Positions 48,432 through 61,609 of a DNA stretch of 64,000 bases are shown in pieces. The notes under the pieces are model-generated. The model had not been told where the DNA came from. It did no database searches and saw only the letters and a program-made list of their open reading frames with translations. The translations under genes and the position numbers were made by a program. The stretch is from Chiloscyllium plagiosum (lineage: Eukaryota): positions 12,621,628-12,685,627 of the forward strand of contig NC_057718.1 of assembly GCF_004010195.1 (NCBI RefSeq), read 5' to 3'. Numbering within the stretch: position 1 is the first letter of the stretch; every line of letters begins with the position of its first letter.

Positions 48432-51400
48432 GTCATAGAGTCACACAGCACAGAAACAGACCCATTGGTCCAACTCGCCAGATATCCTAAAGTGATCTAG
48501 TTCCATTTGCTGGCATTTGGCTCATATCCCTCTAAACCCTTCGTATTCATATACCCATCCAGATGCGTTTTAAATGTTGTAATTGTACCAGCCTCCACCA
48601 TTTCCTCTGGTAGCTCATTCCATACATATGGGAGAAAGTGAGGACTGTAGATGCTGGAGATCAGAGCTGAAAATGTGTTGCTGGAAAAGTGCAGCAGGTC
48701 AGGCAGCATCCAAGGAGCAGGAGAATCGATGTTTTGGGCATGAGCCCTTCTTCAGGAATGAGGAAAGTGTGCCAAGCAGGCTAAGATAAAAGGTATGCTG
48801 GAGGTATGTGTATTCCATGCATATACCAGCCATTGTATGAACAAATTGCCCCTCAGGTCCCTTTTCAATCTTTCCCCCTCACTTTAAACATATGTCCTCC
48901 AGTTTTAGACTCCCTCAACCTAGGAAAAATACCTTGGTTATTCATTCTATCAATGCCCCTCATGATTTTATAAACATTTATAAGGTCACCCCGCAACCTC
49001 TGATGCTCCAGGGAAAAAAGATCCAGCTTTTTCAGCCTCTCTCTATAGCTCAAACCCTCCATTTCTGGCAACATCCTTGTAAATCTTTCTGCACCCTCTG
49101 GAGTTTAACACCATCCTTCCCATAGAAGGGCAACCAGAATTGTACGCTGTATTTTAAAAGTGGTGTCACTAATGTCCTGTACAGCTGCAGCATCTCATCC
49201 CGACTCCTACACTCAATGTTCTGACCAATGAAGGCAAGTATGCCAAATGCCTTTTTCACCACCCTGTCTACCTGCAACTCCACGTTCAAGGAACTACGCA
49301 CCCGCACCCTTCGGTCTCTTTGTTCAGTAACACTCCCCAGGGCCCTACCATTAACTGTAATGTTCATATCTAAATTATTTATATAAATGAAGAAAGGTAA
49401 TAGATCCTACTAATGGATCCTACTTCAGCACACTGATCCTTGTGACTCACTGCTGGTCAGAGGCCTCCAGTTCAAAAAGTAACACTCGACCAATACCCTC
49501 TGTCTCCTGCCTTCAAGCCAATTTTGTATACAATTGGCAACCTTCTCCTGAATCCCATGTGATCTAATGTTACTAACCAGTCTACCATGCGGAACCTTGA
49601 TGAATGCTTTGCAGAAGTCCATATAGACATCGTCTATCACTCTGCCTTCATCAATCTTCTTTGTCACCTCTTCAAAAACCTCAATGAAGAAAGCCATGTT
49701 GACTGTTCCTAAACAGTCCTTGCCTACCTAAATGCATGTAAAGCCTGTCCCTGAGAATCCCTTCCAACAACCTATCCACTACTAACATGAGACTCACCGG
49801 TCCACAGTTCCCTGGGTTTTTCTTGCAGCCTTTCTTGAATAATGGCACTACATTAGCCAACCTTCAATCTTCCAGCACCTCACTGCCAATGAGACAAATA
49901 TCTCAGCAAGGGGTCGAGCAATCTTTCCCAGTTTCCCACTATCTTCTGGGGAACACCTGATCAGGTCCCTGTTTTAGGACCTGCAGCACCCCCTCTTCTG
50001 TGATATGCATTCTTTTCAAGACATCACTGTTTATTTCCCCAAATTTTCTAGCTTCCATGTCCTTCTCCAGAGTAAATATAGTTGTGAAATATTTGTTTCA
50101 TATCTCACCCATCTCCTGTGTTCCATACATACACGGCTATGATGATCTTTAAGGGGCCCTATTCTCTCCCTAGTTGCTCTTTTGCCCTTAATGTACTTAC
50201 AGAATCTCTTTGGATTCACCTGAACTCTTTTTGCCAAAGTCATCTCCTGTCCCCTTTTTTCCCTCCTAATTTCCCTCTTAAGTCTACTCCTACTGCCATT
50301 ATATTCCTCTAGGGATTAACATGATCCCAGTTGTGTATGCCTGACATTTGATTCCTTATTTTTCTTGATCAGAGCCTCAATTTTTCTAGTCATCCAGTGT
50401 TCCCTATTCCTGCCAGCTTTGCCCTTCATACTAACAGGAACATACTGTCTCTGAACTCTCATTATCTTATTTTTGAAGGCTTCCCACTGTCCAGTCATCC
50501 CTTACCTGTGAACAGCTTAATACCATCAAAATTGACCTTACTCCTGCTAGAATTTGAACTCTTAGATCAGATCTATCCTTTTCCATAACTATTTTTAAAC
50601 TAATAGAATTACTTGATCACTTGTCCCAAATGCTCCCCATTGACACCTCAGTCTCTTACCCTGCCTTATTACCCAAGAGAAAGTCATGTTTTACTCCTTC
50701 TCTAGTAGGTACATCCATATATTGAATAAGAATTTTTTTTCTTGTACACATTTAACAAATTCCTCTCCATCCAAGCCCTTAACGGTGTGGCAGTCCCAAT
50801 CTTTGTTTGGAAATTTAAAATCCCCTACCATTACAACTCTATTATTCTTACAGATATTGTTTCTCACTTTCCTGCTGACTGTCAGGAGACCTACACTACA
50901 ATCCCAATAAGGTGATCATCCCTTTCTTATTTCTCATATAACTTCACCTGACATTTTCTCAGTAATATCCTCCCTAAATATAACTGTAATGCTACCCTTA
51001 ACCAAAACCTTCACTCCCCTCTCTCTTGCCCTCGTTTCTATCCCTCCTATCGCATCTATACACAAAATATTAAGCTGCCAGTCTTGCCCTTCCCTGAGCC
51101 ATATTTCTGTAATAGCTATGATATCGCAGTCCCATGTTCCCAACCATGCCCTAAGTTCTTCTGCCTTAGCTGTCAGACCTTGAATTAAAACAAATGCTGT
51201 TTAATTTAACAGTCTTACCTTATTTTCTGTCGTGCTCTTGCCTGTCCTGACTATTTAACTTGTTCCCCATATCTATGTACCAGCCTCAGACCTATCTCTT
51301 TTCTCACTCTCTCTTTGGGAAACCACCCCTCCGGCTTCCACCAAACCCTTTTTACTACTTGAAAGTCTCCCAAGTAGCACTATCAAATCTGAACTCCAGC

Positions 51401-52620
51401 ATATTCGTCCCTTCCAATTCAGGTGCAACCCTTCCTTCTTAAACAAGTTACTTCTACCCCAGAAGAGATCCAAAAATGTGAATCCTTGTTCCTTATACCA
51501 GCTCCTTCGCCACGCATTTATCTGCCTTATGTTCCTATTCCTATTTTCACGAGCACATGGCACCGGAATATCACCAGATATTATTACTCTCGAAGACCTA
51601 CTTTTAACCTCATACCTAATTTCCTGTATTCTTTCCACAGAACCTCGTCCCTTTCTCTACTTATGTCATTGGTACCAACATGTTACTCTCCCTTTTCAGA
51701 ATATTCTGCATTCACTCCAAGAAATCCTTGACCCTGTAATCAGGGAGGCAACACATCATTCTGATATAAGACCATAAGACAAATGAGCAGAAGTTAGGCC
51801 ATTCGGCCCATCAACTCTGCTCTGCCATTCAATCGTGGCTGATAAGTTTTTCAATTTCATTTACCTGTTTTTTCCCCATAAGCTTTGATCCCCTTGGCAA
51901 TCAAGAACTTGTCTATTTCTGTTTTAACTATACTCAATACACAGGCCTCCACAGCCTTCCATGGTTATGAATTTCACAGATTCCCCACTCTCTGGCTAAA
52001 GAAATTTCTCTTTATCTCCATTCTAAAGGGTCTTCCCTTTACTCTTAGGCTGTGCTGTCGGGTCCTCATCTCTTCTACCAATGGAAACATTTTCCAAACA
52101 TCCACTCTGTCCAGGCTGTTCGGTATTCTCGCTGATGGTCACAGAAATACCTGTCTGTACTCCTGAATAGACAGTCCCCTTTCATAATCAATCGGTAGTA
52201 ACTTGATATATCCTTCTTTCCAGTAGAGTCAGTCACGGTATCAGAAACCTGGCTGTCAGTGCTATATTCCTCTGAAAGGCCATCACCTATTACAATATCC
52301 AAAACAGCAAATAGCAAATAGCCACAGGAGACTTTTGCACTACCTGACTAACTCTCTTACTTTTCCTAGTGGCAACCCATCTACCTGACTATATGTGCGT
52401 TTTTTTCTACCTTCCAGAAACTGCCATCCATCACACCACCTGGCTCCTCATTGCCTCTAATTGCAATCTATGCAATTGATAGGATTTACAGCCAAATAAA
52501 TCCTGAAGACTTCCTGAAGATACAGTCTCAAGGAACATTTAAATACTCCCTGATCTCTCACATCTGAAGGAACAGCATATCACTCTGTTAAAAGCTCTCT
52601 CTGCCTCTTTAACAATCTAC
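48432..52620 (-). mobile_element. Near-full-length decayed CR1 LINE (ORF1 esterase, APE, RT, 3' UTR) with nested inserts at 48630-48811 and ~51770-52130
   Basis: Minus-strand peptides SRVIISG.IPVP...KEGLHLNWKG (esterase), WDCDIIAITEIWL (APE), DVYMDFCKAF.KVPHGRL...RRQRV (RT) and RGDLINVYKIMRG. Confidence 0.9.
48630..48811 (-). mobile_element. Family B hammerhead-bearing element inserted in a CR1 3' region
   Basis: 13-bp duplication ATTCCAT(A/G)CATAT at 48617-48629 and 48812-48824; minus strand reads TTC CTGAAGA A GGGC TCAT GCCC aAAA CaTC GA. Confidence 0.8.
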
Positions 52621-54817
52621 AGACCCATAAAATATCTAAAAATAAAGTCTAATGCTCTGATTTAAGATTCTTTTTGTCAATGAGGAAACAGTCCATTGAT
52701 TTCTTGTGTAGTGCACTTGTGTAGTGCAATGAATGTAGCACAAAATCTTAAGGCATTTCATGAATAGGTAATGAGCAACTCAAGGTCCAAAATGAAACTC
52801 AAATACAATTCATGATACATCACGATTTAAAAATAAAACAATGTTTTTAAGAAAAAAACTACAATAGAAATAAGCTGAAGGATTATTTCTCTAGTCGGAT
52901 CGAAAGTTACCCTTCTTGAATTTGGGTTTGACTCTAGTTGAGACTGATAGAGTGAAAATCTGTTCACCCTCCCTCTCTCGTTCTCTACTATCTGCTTATG
53001 CTGTTGGCAGAAAGGGCCTTATGTGAGTATGTTTGGGCTGACTTGTCCTTGGTGGACTTTCAACATGGAAGTAATACAAGCTATAAGAATAGACCCTGAA
53101 TAGTGCATTTGGCTTATTGTCTGATCCACCCCAGGATGAATTGTGACCTTCAAAATCACTCTAACCATTGTATTACGTGCAAGTAAGGCCAGTTGTTCAG
53201 TCAATTTTATTTTTAAACTTATGTATTTTTGGTTTCCAATTGTTTAACATTAAGGTGTTCTGCACCACACTTTGTATGGACTTCACATTATATTTATAGA
53301 ACAGCTGGACACTCAGCATATGGTCACATGTGGTTTACAGATGGCATTGGGAAATTACTCTACAGTTTATTATATTTCCCTTAGGAAGGGAGTATTTGAA
53401 ATGCAATTTTAAGTGTAGTACTTTGCTGCACAATTTGTGCGTATTTGGGGACAGTGCTACTGGCATAGTTATAGGGACCAAATATTGTTAACTTCTCAGA
53501 GACACTTTGCCCAATTTTAATAATCAAAACAGGAAAGGAGCAAAGAGCCACTACCACCAGTGAATCACTCCCTTTGCATTGTTCAGGCATTTTCTACAGG
53601 CTCTAATAGGCAGAGCATGTATGCCCACATCAGATGCGAGCAGGATCATGCAATGTGACAAGACGATTGTGACACTGCATCATTTTCCCATCAAATATCA
53701 AATGGTCACCATTTGGAGTACCCTGTGGAAAGATTAGACCTATACCAAGCTGTGCTCAAACCGGAATATATGAGGGCTACTCAGGTGCCACCTGTTGGAG
53801 ACTTATCATAGCTTTGCGTTTCCTTGTTCAGGTGCAGGATCACCCTGACTGGTACGCGTTTCTAGCTGCTGTTCTTTGGAAAGAAACCAGAGCAGATGCC
53901 CATAACATCAACAGCAGACTTCTATGGGTTTGAGGCCCTGTCACTGATGGGGCCTGTGCAGATAGCATTTCCAAAATGTACTCAATCTGCAATCTTAAGT
54001 CATGTGAACACACACTGCCAACCAGTGGGGGTGGGGAATTGGCACTGATGGAGAATATAATTTGATTAGTCTATGCCTTCATCCTTAATGGCTGAAACCA
54101 TCTGGCCTATAGTGGATTTAGAATCTCTGCAGCAATAGAAAACTATTATGTGAGATAGATGGACAGACAGATAAATAGATAGTTGAATAGATAGTTAAAT
54201 GTGATGATGAAATTGTGTAATTGGTCAAAGACTTATTGATCTTGTGATTTCAACACATTCACGTCACATCAATTTTATTGTATATTAGATTTTATTATTT
54301 TGCATATTGTGAGAAAACTTACATTAGGTGTAAAGTACATTATATTATTCTGCCGTGAGGTGGTTGAGTGATGTGCTATTTTACCCATGTAAATTACAAT
54401 TATTATCCCACTTTAAAGGTGCAGTATAAGCCCAGACCTTTATGATCGATTACATTCAATGAGGGAAATTTGCAGGTTGACAAATGCCTATAAATGTTTG
54501 GCTTAATGACTTTGTAGAGGGAAGCGGAATTGAAGATGGGGTGATAATTTGTAAGTACTGAGATGTTGAACTGAAACTTTAAGGGGCTTAGTAACCACAA
54601 TGGTTTGGAAAGAAGCAAAGCAGTACCCGAGAGAAAAACAATAATCATGTCAGCAGAGGAACCCTCAGAGATGTCTTGTTGGAGGGGTCAGTGAAGGGGA
54701 ATTTAGAATGCTGGTAGTGCAGCCAAGAAACCAGGAGTTCTTCTTTGCTATTCATATCACCCTGGATTTGTGGGTGGTTTTGACATAGTGGAAGGAGACC
54801 CAACAGTACTTTTTTTG

Positions 54818-55131
54818 TAGATTACTTACAGTGTGGAAACAGGCCCTTCAGCCCAACAAGTCCACACCGACCCACCAAAGCATAACCCCACCCAGACCCA
54901 TTCCCCTACATTTACCACGTCACCTAACACTACGGGCAATTTAGCATGGCCAATTCACCTAACCTGCACATTTTTGGACTGTGGGAGGAAACTGGAGCAC
55001 CCGGAGGAAACTCGCGAAGACACAGGGAGAATGTAAAAACTCCACACAGAGATTCGCCTGAGGCAGGAATTGAACCTGGATCTCTGGCGCTGTGAGGCAG
55101 CGGTGCTAACCACTGTGCCACCGTGCCACCC
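54818..55131 (-). mobile_element. Young HE1/V-SINE-like SINE
   Basis: Reverse complement is closely similar to 24596-24916. Confidence 0.92.
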
Positions 55132-55790
55132 AAAAATTATTATCCCACTTGACGTGATACTTGATGTGATGCAACTACATCTGGGCATTGATAGACTTAG
55201 TTTGTGCAGGAAAATGAGGGGGATGAGAAGGGGAAATGCCCAGAAATATGGTCATCCAAGATGGAAATGATGGAGTGGTTCAGTAAATGAAATGCGACAG
55301 AACTATTGTGGTGAATGGTGGGACAAAGACTTAGCATTGGGAATTTGAAAGTGCTGTTACAAGACACTTCAGAGGGCTTTTTTTCCCTCCAGGTGGGCAC
55401 AGGAAACATATAGTTGGAAGAAAGTATGGTGAATGTGAGTAACAAGGTACACAAATGGATGGCCAGGAAATGCTATTGCCTGTGACCAAGATCATAGGAG
55501 TGAGTGGTCATATGCAATGGCACAATTGAGAGGATGGCTGCAAATAGGATTAGGAGAAATTTACTGAAGGACAGGACAGTAAACTAGGGAAATCAGAGGA
55601 AGGTGAATGAGGTAACATTTTTCAATTCCTTTACTTCTTGTACAACATGGGCTTCTCATAATAAAAGAAAGAAACATAGAGAATTTACACACAGAAAGAG
55701 GCCAGTCAGTCCATAGAGCCCATCAGCCTAAACAGAGCTTTCCAGGTGTATTCCACTTTTGTGCTGTTGGTCCAGAGCTGTGTAAGTTAC

Positions 55791-55889
55791 ATATCCTGCT
55801 CTTCGGATGCTGCCTGAACTGCTGTGCTTTTCCAGCACCACTCTAATCCAGAATCTGGTTTCCAGCATCTGCAGTCATTGTTTTTACCT
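55791..55889 (+). mobile_element. Family B body lacking the hammerhead core
   Basis: TCCTGCTCTTCGGATGCTGCCTGAACTGCTGTGCTTTTCCAGCACCAC...CCAGCATCTGCAGTC. Confidence 0.7.
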
Positions 55890-58094
55890 AAGAGTTTGGT
55901 AAAGGCAAGCTTTCTGCCTCTGTCACCCTTTAAGATAATGAATCCCAGACTCCCACCTGGCTCTGCATGAAAAACAATCCCCATCAATAACCAGTAAGAT
56001 CTGGATGATGTACAGCAGAATTTAGGGATTTTATTTTTCTTTGCATATCTGCTGTCTCTGCTATCATTTAGCTCTTATGCAGGAAGATATGGTTTTCTCA
56101 TGGGTAGCTAATTTCAAAAGTTTCCTCAAAGGCAGATACCTTCAGTAACTTCTAGTAGTACCTGTATTAGATACAGGTTGGTTGTATTGCAAAGGAATTG
56201 TTGGGGATAACTGCAGCTGATTCAAGGTTTCCAGACTGACATAAGTTGTGGACTACAGACAAAGAAGATGTGGCTAAAAAAACGGCAATAACTGGAGGGC
56301 AGTTCTACCTTGGAGGGCTTGCTTTGTGTATTGAATGATGAACATTTCAGTTTTGTTATTATTAACTGTATATCAGTAAAGAGCTTCTGAAAAACTATCA
56401 TGGATATGCAGTAATGTGGAGTTAGGGTCACAAATAGATCAACCACAATCTTACTGAATAGTGGAGCTGTCCCCAGGGCCCAAAGGCCTATTCCTGCTTA
56501 AATTCATCAGTATGTTTGTATGTGATAAACACTTCACAACTTTCAATTAAGATGCAATATTTTTAAACTCAATTTTTTAAAGTGTTTACTTTATTATTGA
56601 TTCTTTGTTGCTGTGGAATTCTTTGCAGAAAACTAAACAGAAAACTACTTGATTCATTGACAGGTTGGGAAGTATCTATTCCAGGCCTATGGGGATTTGA
56701 AAGAATAAGGACATAGAGCAGTGTCATTTCTGAGAGTTTCATGTCTTAACAAGAGTGCATATATTTGGCTCTTTGCTTAAGTAGCAAATCATTCAGCCTG
56801 CAAACCATGTTTTGTTTACGATCAGTATCACGCCAAGGTAACACGTTTTCTTTTACTGGAGTAATGGAGAGAAGCCAGCTTGCTTTTAACAAATTCATTG
56901 ATTCAAGGTACTACCAGTACAAGGTGTATGAAAACACATACAACTTCATGCTAGCAAGCCTCTTTTCGGAGTCTTCTTTCCCCTTGCTTTCTTATGTGCC
57001 CATCAGGAAAAATTATACTCAAAATCCATGAACAACCGCAGAACGTTATTGATTCCTCTCAACAAAGGAGTCCATGTAATCTGTCTGCCTTTGTTCCGTT
57101 GGGTTTGCGGTGTGTTCTCATTAGCCCCCCACCGACAGTCAACTTGTCAGTGGGCCGACACTCCCAACTGTCTGACCTCCGACTGTGCTCCATTCTCTCC
57201 CCTCCCTCTGCAAATCAAACCCCCACCTTCAAAGAAAAAGAAACTCCTGGCAGACAGATTAGAGCTTGCCCTTCATTTTCTGTCTAATTCTTCTTCCCTG
57301 GGCAGCAGGTTGTACGTTGTGTTTATATTTAGTAATTTTGGCAGTGAACGCTTGTGCTAATTTTTTGCAAATGTTCTTCTTACGGCATGCATTGTGGAAA
57401 AAAATGCCATGCCCAATGACTCCACTTGACATCAAAGTTTGAACGCTCAGCAAAATTGTGCTTCCTGTTTAAAGCTACAGATTCTGAAATCATAAACCTG
57501 TCCTTCTTATTTCTCCTCATGACCATGTCGACTGCATATTTATGAGTGTTAATTGGCAAGTTAAAAATAGTTTTCCCTGTAGTTCCACAAACATTCAAGC
57601 TTGCATCTCGAATATGAATAAAATATCTATCAAGCTACTTAGGAGAGAAATCATATTCAACTCAAATTTTACTTCTCTTTCTTTCTCCAAGACCTGCTGA
57701 TTGTTTCCTGCATTTTCTGTTTCTGTTTCAGATTGGAAGCCTCCACTCTAGGTTTTACTAATCAAGCTACTGTGGCCTCACATCCATGATACTCAGATTT
57801 GTGGAGAGAGAGGGACAAAGTTTCTATATTTTTGTGAGAAGTACATAATAAGTTCAGCTATTTATATCAGAATTCTCTTAGATCTATATAAGTACTCATT
57901 AAGTAACTCGCCTCCCTCGACTTTCTGGAACTCACCTCATGCCCAGGCATAGTGATCTTGTAAAGAGCATGTGGAGTGAAAAAGAACTAAACTCCTTGTC
58001 AAAATGTGAACAAAATAAAATTAACTTTCAATGCGCAATTCTTAAATAGGTAACACCCTTAACTCTGTGTCGTAAAATTTCCTTAAAAAATTGT

Positions 58095-58435
58095 TTTTGT
58101 GGGATATGGGTAAAGCCAGCATTTATTGCCCATTGCCTTGAACTGTTGGGCCTGCTGGGCCATCTCAGAGGGCAGTTAAGAGTCAATAATATTGCTGTGA
58201 ATCTGGAGTCACAAGTAATCCAGACCATGTAAGGATGGCCAATTCTATCCCCAAAGGACATTAGTGAGCAAGATGGATTTTTACAATGACTTGTGATCAT
58301 TGAGATGACTGAGACTAGTTTTATTTTCCAGTTTTATGAATTAATTTTAGATTCCATCAGCTGTCACCCATATCTCTAGAGCACTGGGCTGGGCTTGTGA
58401 ATTATTCACCCCGTGATATGACTACTAGCCACCAT
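58095..58435 (-). mobile_element. SINE family S2
   Basis: Matches 5437-5800 and 48135-48430, including the GCATTTATTGCCCAT tail. Confidence 0.75.
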
Positions 58436-60254
58436 TTCTACCCTCCAGTTTGTGCTTTAAACCCCACGCCCAAGATTTCAAAACATAATTTCGGCTAACA
58501 TTTTCAGTACTGAGGGAGTGCAGTATTGTTCAAAGTGTTACCTTTCCCATGACAAATTAAAGCAAGGTGCTGTCTGCCCTCTGTAGGAGAGGTGGCTTCT
58601 ACGAGTCCTCATTCTGCCAAAAACCTTGTGATGTCCATGTGGTTCCCTTATATTTCATATTGTAGACCAGGACTTGCCGACTGTAAGTCCCACTTTGCAA
58701 AATCTGATAAGAAACATCTCAATAAAACCAATTTTAGGGAAGTGTAAGGCACCAAATCCAGGTGAAAACTTTGACGGTTCCAAAGGCAGTTTTCTTTCAG
58801 AAAAAATATTTAGGTTTGTGGTTTCAATTGGTTGCTTCCAGCATTGTACATGATGTGATCAATGAAGCTTCAAACATAGCTAATTGCAACTGGAACAATC
58901 ATTTGCCATATCTCCCATGCAGTCCCGTCAATTTATTTAGTTCAATAATTATTACCATAATGCCTGACAAATTAGGAAAGATGCAGATAACAAAGAAGCA
59001 AAGCATCATTTTCACAGGGTCCTTGTCCATTGCTATAGAAAGGACATATCATGAACAGTTCGGCTGAAATACCCATTCCATCATCTGAAGGGGTTCTTTA
59101 AGCAATTGGGTAAACAAAATACCATTAATTTAACAGCAATCACAAAAGAAATATTGAGTTCATTGTTTCTGAACAGATCTCTATATAAGCTTCTAATTTC
59201 TAAATTATTTCAGCACGAATGCATTTTTCTCTTCCCTCTTCCGCCTCATAATGCTGATCCTCGTGATCTGAAATAAAAACAGAAAATGCTACAGAAACTC
59301 AATAGGTCTGGCAGCATCTGTGAAAATAAAAACAGAGTGAACATTTCAAATCTCATGGCTCTTTATTAGAGAAAGAATGATTCCAAAAGAGTGAGAGGAC
59401 TATTAACAGATAATATGGCTCATTATCACTATTATTAGTTAATCTCACGTCATTAACATGCCAATTCCCATTCTACAACACCCCACATAGAAACCAGATG
59501 CTGAGGATTCCCCACATGAAAGTCTGACACGTACCTGGCAACTCCAGCTCATTGCTTGATCCTCTGGTCCTCCATTGGCACCAACATCACAGGGGCCACT
59601 CATGGGTAGAGGCCACATATACCCCATGTCTATGGGCACTAGCATCCACCATGTACCAGCCTCACCACATCGTCATGACTCATCTCTTGCTTGCTCTCTT
59701 AGGTCTCACTCACTTTGTACCTACTTGAATGCTCACAGTGGCCCTTCCTGACATTGCCCTTTAGTGCTTTTCCCCTTCAGACATACTTTAAAGATTCACA
59801 ATACTGACTTTCTATTTTGACTTGTTGTATAACACAGACACAGAGCCAGGCAGCTTTTCATCGTTGTCAGCAGTCATCAATCAAAGGAGTGGACATTTGG
59901 CTGAATGGCATGGTGCTATGTCAATCTCACACCTACACCATGCACCAGCTGAGTACACAACAAAGATATGTGCTGTAAGCAAATGGCCATATCTCAAAGT
60001 CTAAGAAGAGTAGTCCTCAGTCAAGTCCGGGTAGACTCTTTTCGGTCAGGAGATGTCAGCACAGGAAGAAAAGGCAGCTTCCAAGATAAGTCCAAGGCCT
60101 TGAAAATGGTTAGTCAGCTGCTCGGAGCAGTCATGGGTCCATACATCTTCAGTCCAGGTTGTAGGTCACAGTCAGCCCCATGTGTCAGGTGTAGCCAGTT
60201 TGGGAGAGTTGTGGGGACACAGTCAGGAAGCTACACAGAAAACAGTCAGGGTGG

Positions 60255-60655
60255 AGTACTGTGTACAGTTCTGGTTGCCCTGATATAGGAAAGATATTAT
60301 TAAATTGGAAAGGGTGCAGAAAACATTTTTAAGGATGTTACCTGGACTGGAGAGTTTGGATTGGTTGGATAAACTGGAGTGTAGGAAATTCAGGGGTGAC
60401 CTTACAGAGGTTTATAAAATCATGAAGGGCATAGATAAGGAGACCTTTTCCCTAGGGTAGGGGAGTTCAAAACTAGAGGGCATAATTTTAAGGTGACAGG
60501 GGAAAGATTTAAAAGCAACCTGATATTGCTCAGGGTGGTTCGTACGTGACTTGACCTGCCAGATAAAGTGGTAGATATGGGTTACAGTTACAGCATTTAA
60601 AAGACATTTGGACAGGTACATATAAAGGAAAAGTTTGGAAGGATATGGGCCAAGA
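60255..60655 (+). mobile_element. CR1 3' region with deletions
   Basis: CAGTTCTGG...AGGAAAGATATTATTAAATTGGAAAGGGTGCAG...GGTGACCTTACAGAGGTTTATAAAATCATG. Confidence 0.85.
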
Positions 60656-61609
60656 GAATCTATCAGGGGCTACTGCTGCAGGAGGGAAGCTGGATAACTA
60701 AATTGTGAGGATCGGAGGCAGAAAACTAGGGAGCAGAGTGAATTACAATACTGAATGAGGAACCTCAATATCTAAGGTGGAGGGGGAGATGATCAAGCTT
60801 GGGAGGGAATGGGTGTCAACAACTCCAGCAGCACCATAGCTCCCATGGGGGAAGTGCACTACCAGATCTGGTTACTTGCCTGACCCCTGAGGGGATGGGT
60901 GGGCAACTATGAGTGATGAAGACATAGATTGACAGGTTGGGTAGGGTCTTGGGATGTGCAGAGCCAATGGGGTTGATTAAGAGGGCTACCAGGAAGGGGA
61001 TGTTTATATTTTTGGGTTTACCATCACTCAGAAGCAGACACTGAAACTTGCTATTTAAGGAGAGGTAGCTGTTCTCTTCCATTGTCCTGTCAGTAACAAG
61101 TACACAATGGACCTGAAAATGGCTGTGACCAGGCCTGGAGTAGGCTGTATACATGTTTCCTTCTGTGAGGGAGAGGTTTAAATTTCCAGTGAAGTGAAGC
61201 CCTTCAGAGGGCAACAGCACTTTCAGCCACCCATAAAATGAATCTGAAACACACCTGTGAATCACTTACACTTTGTGAGCGATAGGCATGAGCTTACTGT
61301 GTATAGACAGACCCCTTGCCCCAAACATTCCTATCCATATCTTACACAATAGAGAATGAATCCCATAAATGCAGCGTTTGTCTGTGTAGAAAGATGGAGC
61401 CAAAGTAGCAATCACCTGCAATTTATCCATAGCTTGCACATGGTGCAGGAGCTGCTCACTTCACACCTTGGACCATGGAACTTCATGTAGCGATAAGAAT
61501 GGATGGGTTCTGTACCTTCAATGTTGTAGTTGCAGTTAGGCAAAAACTCGAACACACAAATGATGGTGAAAAATGAACATATATTTACAAGTGTAAAAAT
61601 TTAAGTTAC

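Noticed and set aside
60816..61265. 149-aa minus-strand ORF
   Set aside because: No recognisable homology or splice context; likely a chance ORF in decayed repeat sequence
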